From NCBI GenBank assembly GCA_976551045.1, contig CDPCPM010000056.1, positions 10,168,001-10,232,000 on the forward strand: a stretch of 64,000 nt of DNA, given 5' to 3'. Under the pieces are notes generated by a model. That model did not search any database and was not told the origin of the DNA. It was given only the letters and a program-made list of their open reading frames with translations. The DNA is from Glaucostegus cemiculus. Lineage: Eukaryota. The position numbers and the translations under genes are program-made. Each line of letters begins with the position of its first letter. Position 1 is the stretch's first letter. Shown here one piece after another: positions 63,308 through 64,000 of this stretch.

Positions 63308-63824
63308 CCTTGTCCGCACTCTTCTCCTAAAGCCCCCTCTCTCATAACCTGCCCACACTCTGAACCCCTCCCTACTGCAAGCCTTGTCTCCCCCTCTGTC
63401 TTCCTTTCCCTGACTGCCTCCCTTTGCCTTCTCCCTCCTTCTTGTATCCCTCCCCTTTCACTTATCTTGTCCCTTATCCCCACCATCCTCCTTTCCCTCT
63501 TGATTACCCAACCTTCCACCTTTGTCTGGCTTCCTCTCACTCTCCAGTGGCCTGTTGCTCGTTCTGTGGCCACCCATCAATGGCTGTTGTTTGCAGACTT
63601 CAGAGCCACTCCTTTGCTAACTCCAGTCACAAAAGTGGGATCATGCAGTGCTCTGCGGGCACATTGCCGGGTCCTGCTATGTGGATTCAGTGCCCTGGAA
63701 GCAAGAGCATGTACATCATCACTCAGCATATACAATGACCTCAGAAGCCTGTGTCATCCAGGGGCTACTTAAACTCAGGGTTCTCTGACACCCAGAGTCC
63801 TCTTAAACTCAGAGCCCTCTGTCC

Positions 63825-63960
63825 CCACAGTCAATTTGTACAAGGTTTGGGGAGACTGCACTTGGAGTATTGTGTACAGTTTTGATTAACCTGTTCTAGG
63901 AAAGACATCATTAAGCAGGAAACTGAAAAGACTTATGAGGATGTTGAGGGCCTGAGTTAA
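63825..63960 (+). mobile_element. Degraded CR1 RT fragment
   Basis: tgcacttggagtattgtgtacagttttg (HLEYCVQF). Confidence 0.65.
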
Positions 63961-64000
63961 GATAAGATGAACTTTATTAGTCACATATATGTTAAAACAC

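Noticed and set aside
63251-63772. 173-aa ORF
   Set aside because: Arises from (CA)n and pyrimidine-rich low-complexity sequence that lacks stops; no domain.

Overview
Eukaryotic genomic DNA from a cartilaginous fish (elasmobranch-type repeats: CR1/HER1 LINEs, HE1-like V-SINEs, Rex1/Babar LINEs, Penelope-like elements). The + strand carries the 3' part of a CCDC18-like coiled-coil gene: 14 well-supported coding exons (1851-39334) and two probable terminal exons (45680-45786; 47116 to about 47440, with three AATAAA signals). Its first intron here uses a GC donor. Introns and the 3' flank are mostly retroelements. These include a near full-length young CR1 (about 7003-11430, - strand) and a 5'-truncated sister copy (12994-16314). 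The most striking observation is at the CR1 ORF1/ORF2 junction. ORF2 has no AUG before its endonuclease catalytic motifs, lies in the -1 frame, and overlaps ORF1 by only about 10 nt. That window holds a correctly phased U_UUA_AAC slippery heptamer directly before the ORF1 stop. The same TTTAAAC-stop occurs in an unrelated CR1 family at 42571, which suggests programmed -1 ribosomal frameshifting in a non-LTR retrotransposon. Several Penelope terminal repeats keep minimal hammerhead-ribozyme motifs. All family assignments come from motif recognition by eye; no database searches were run.
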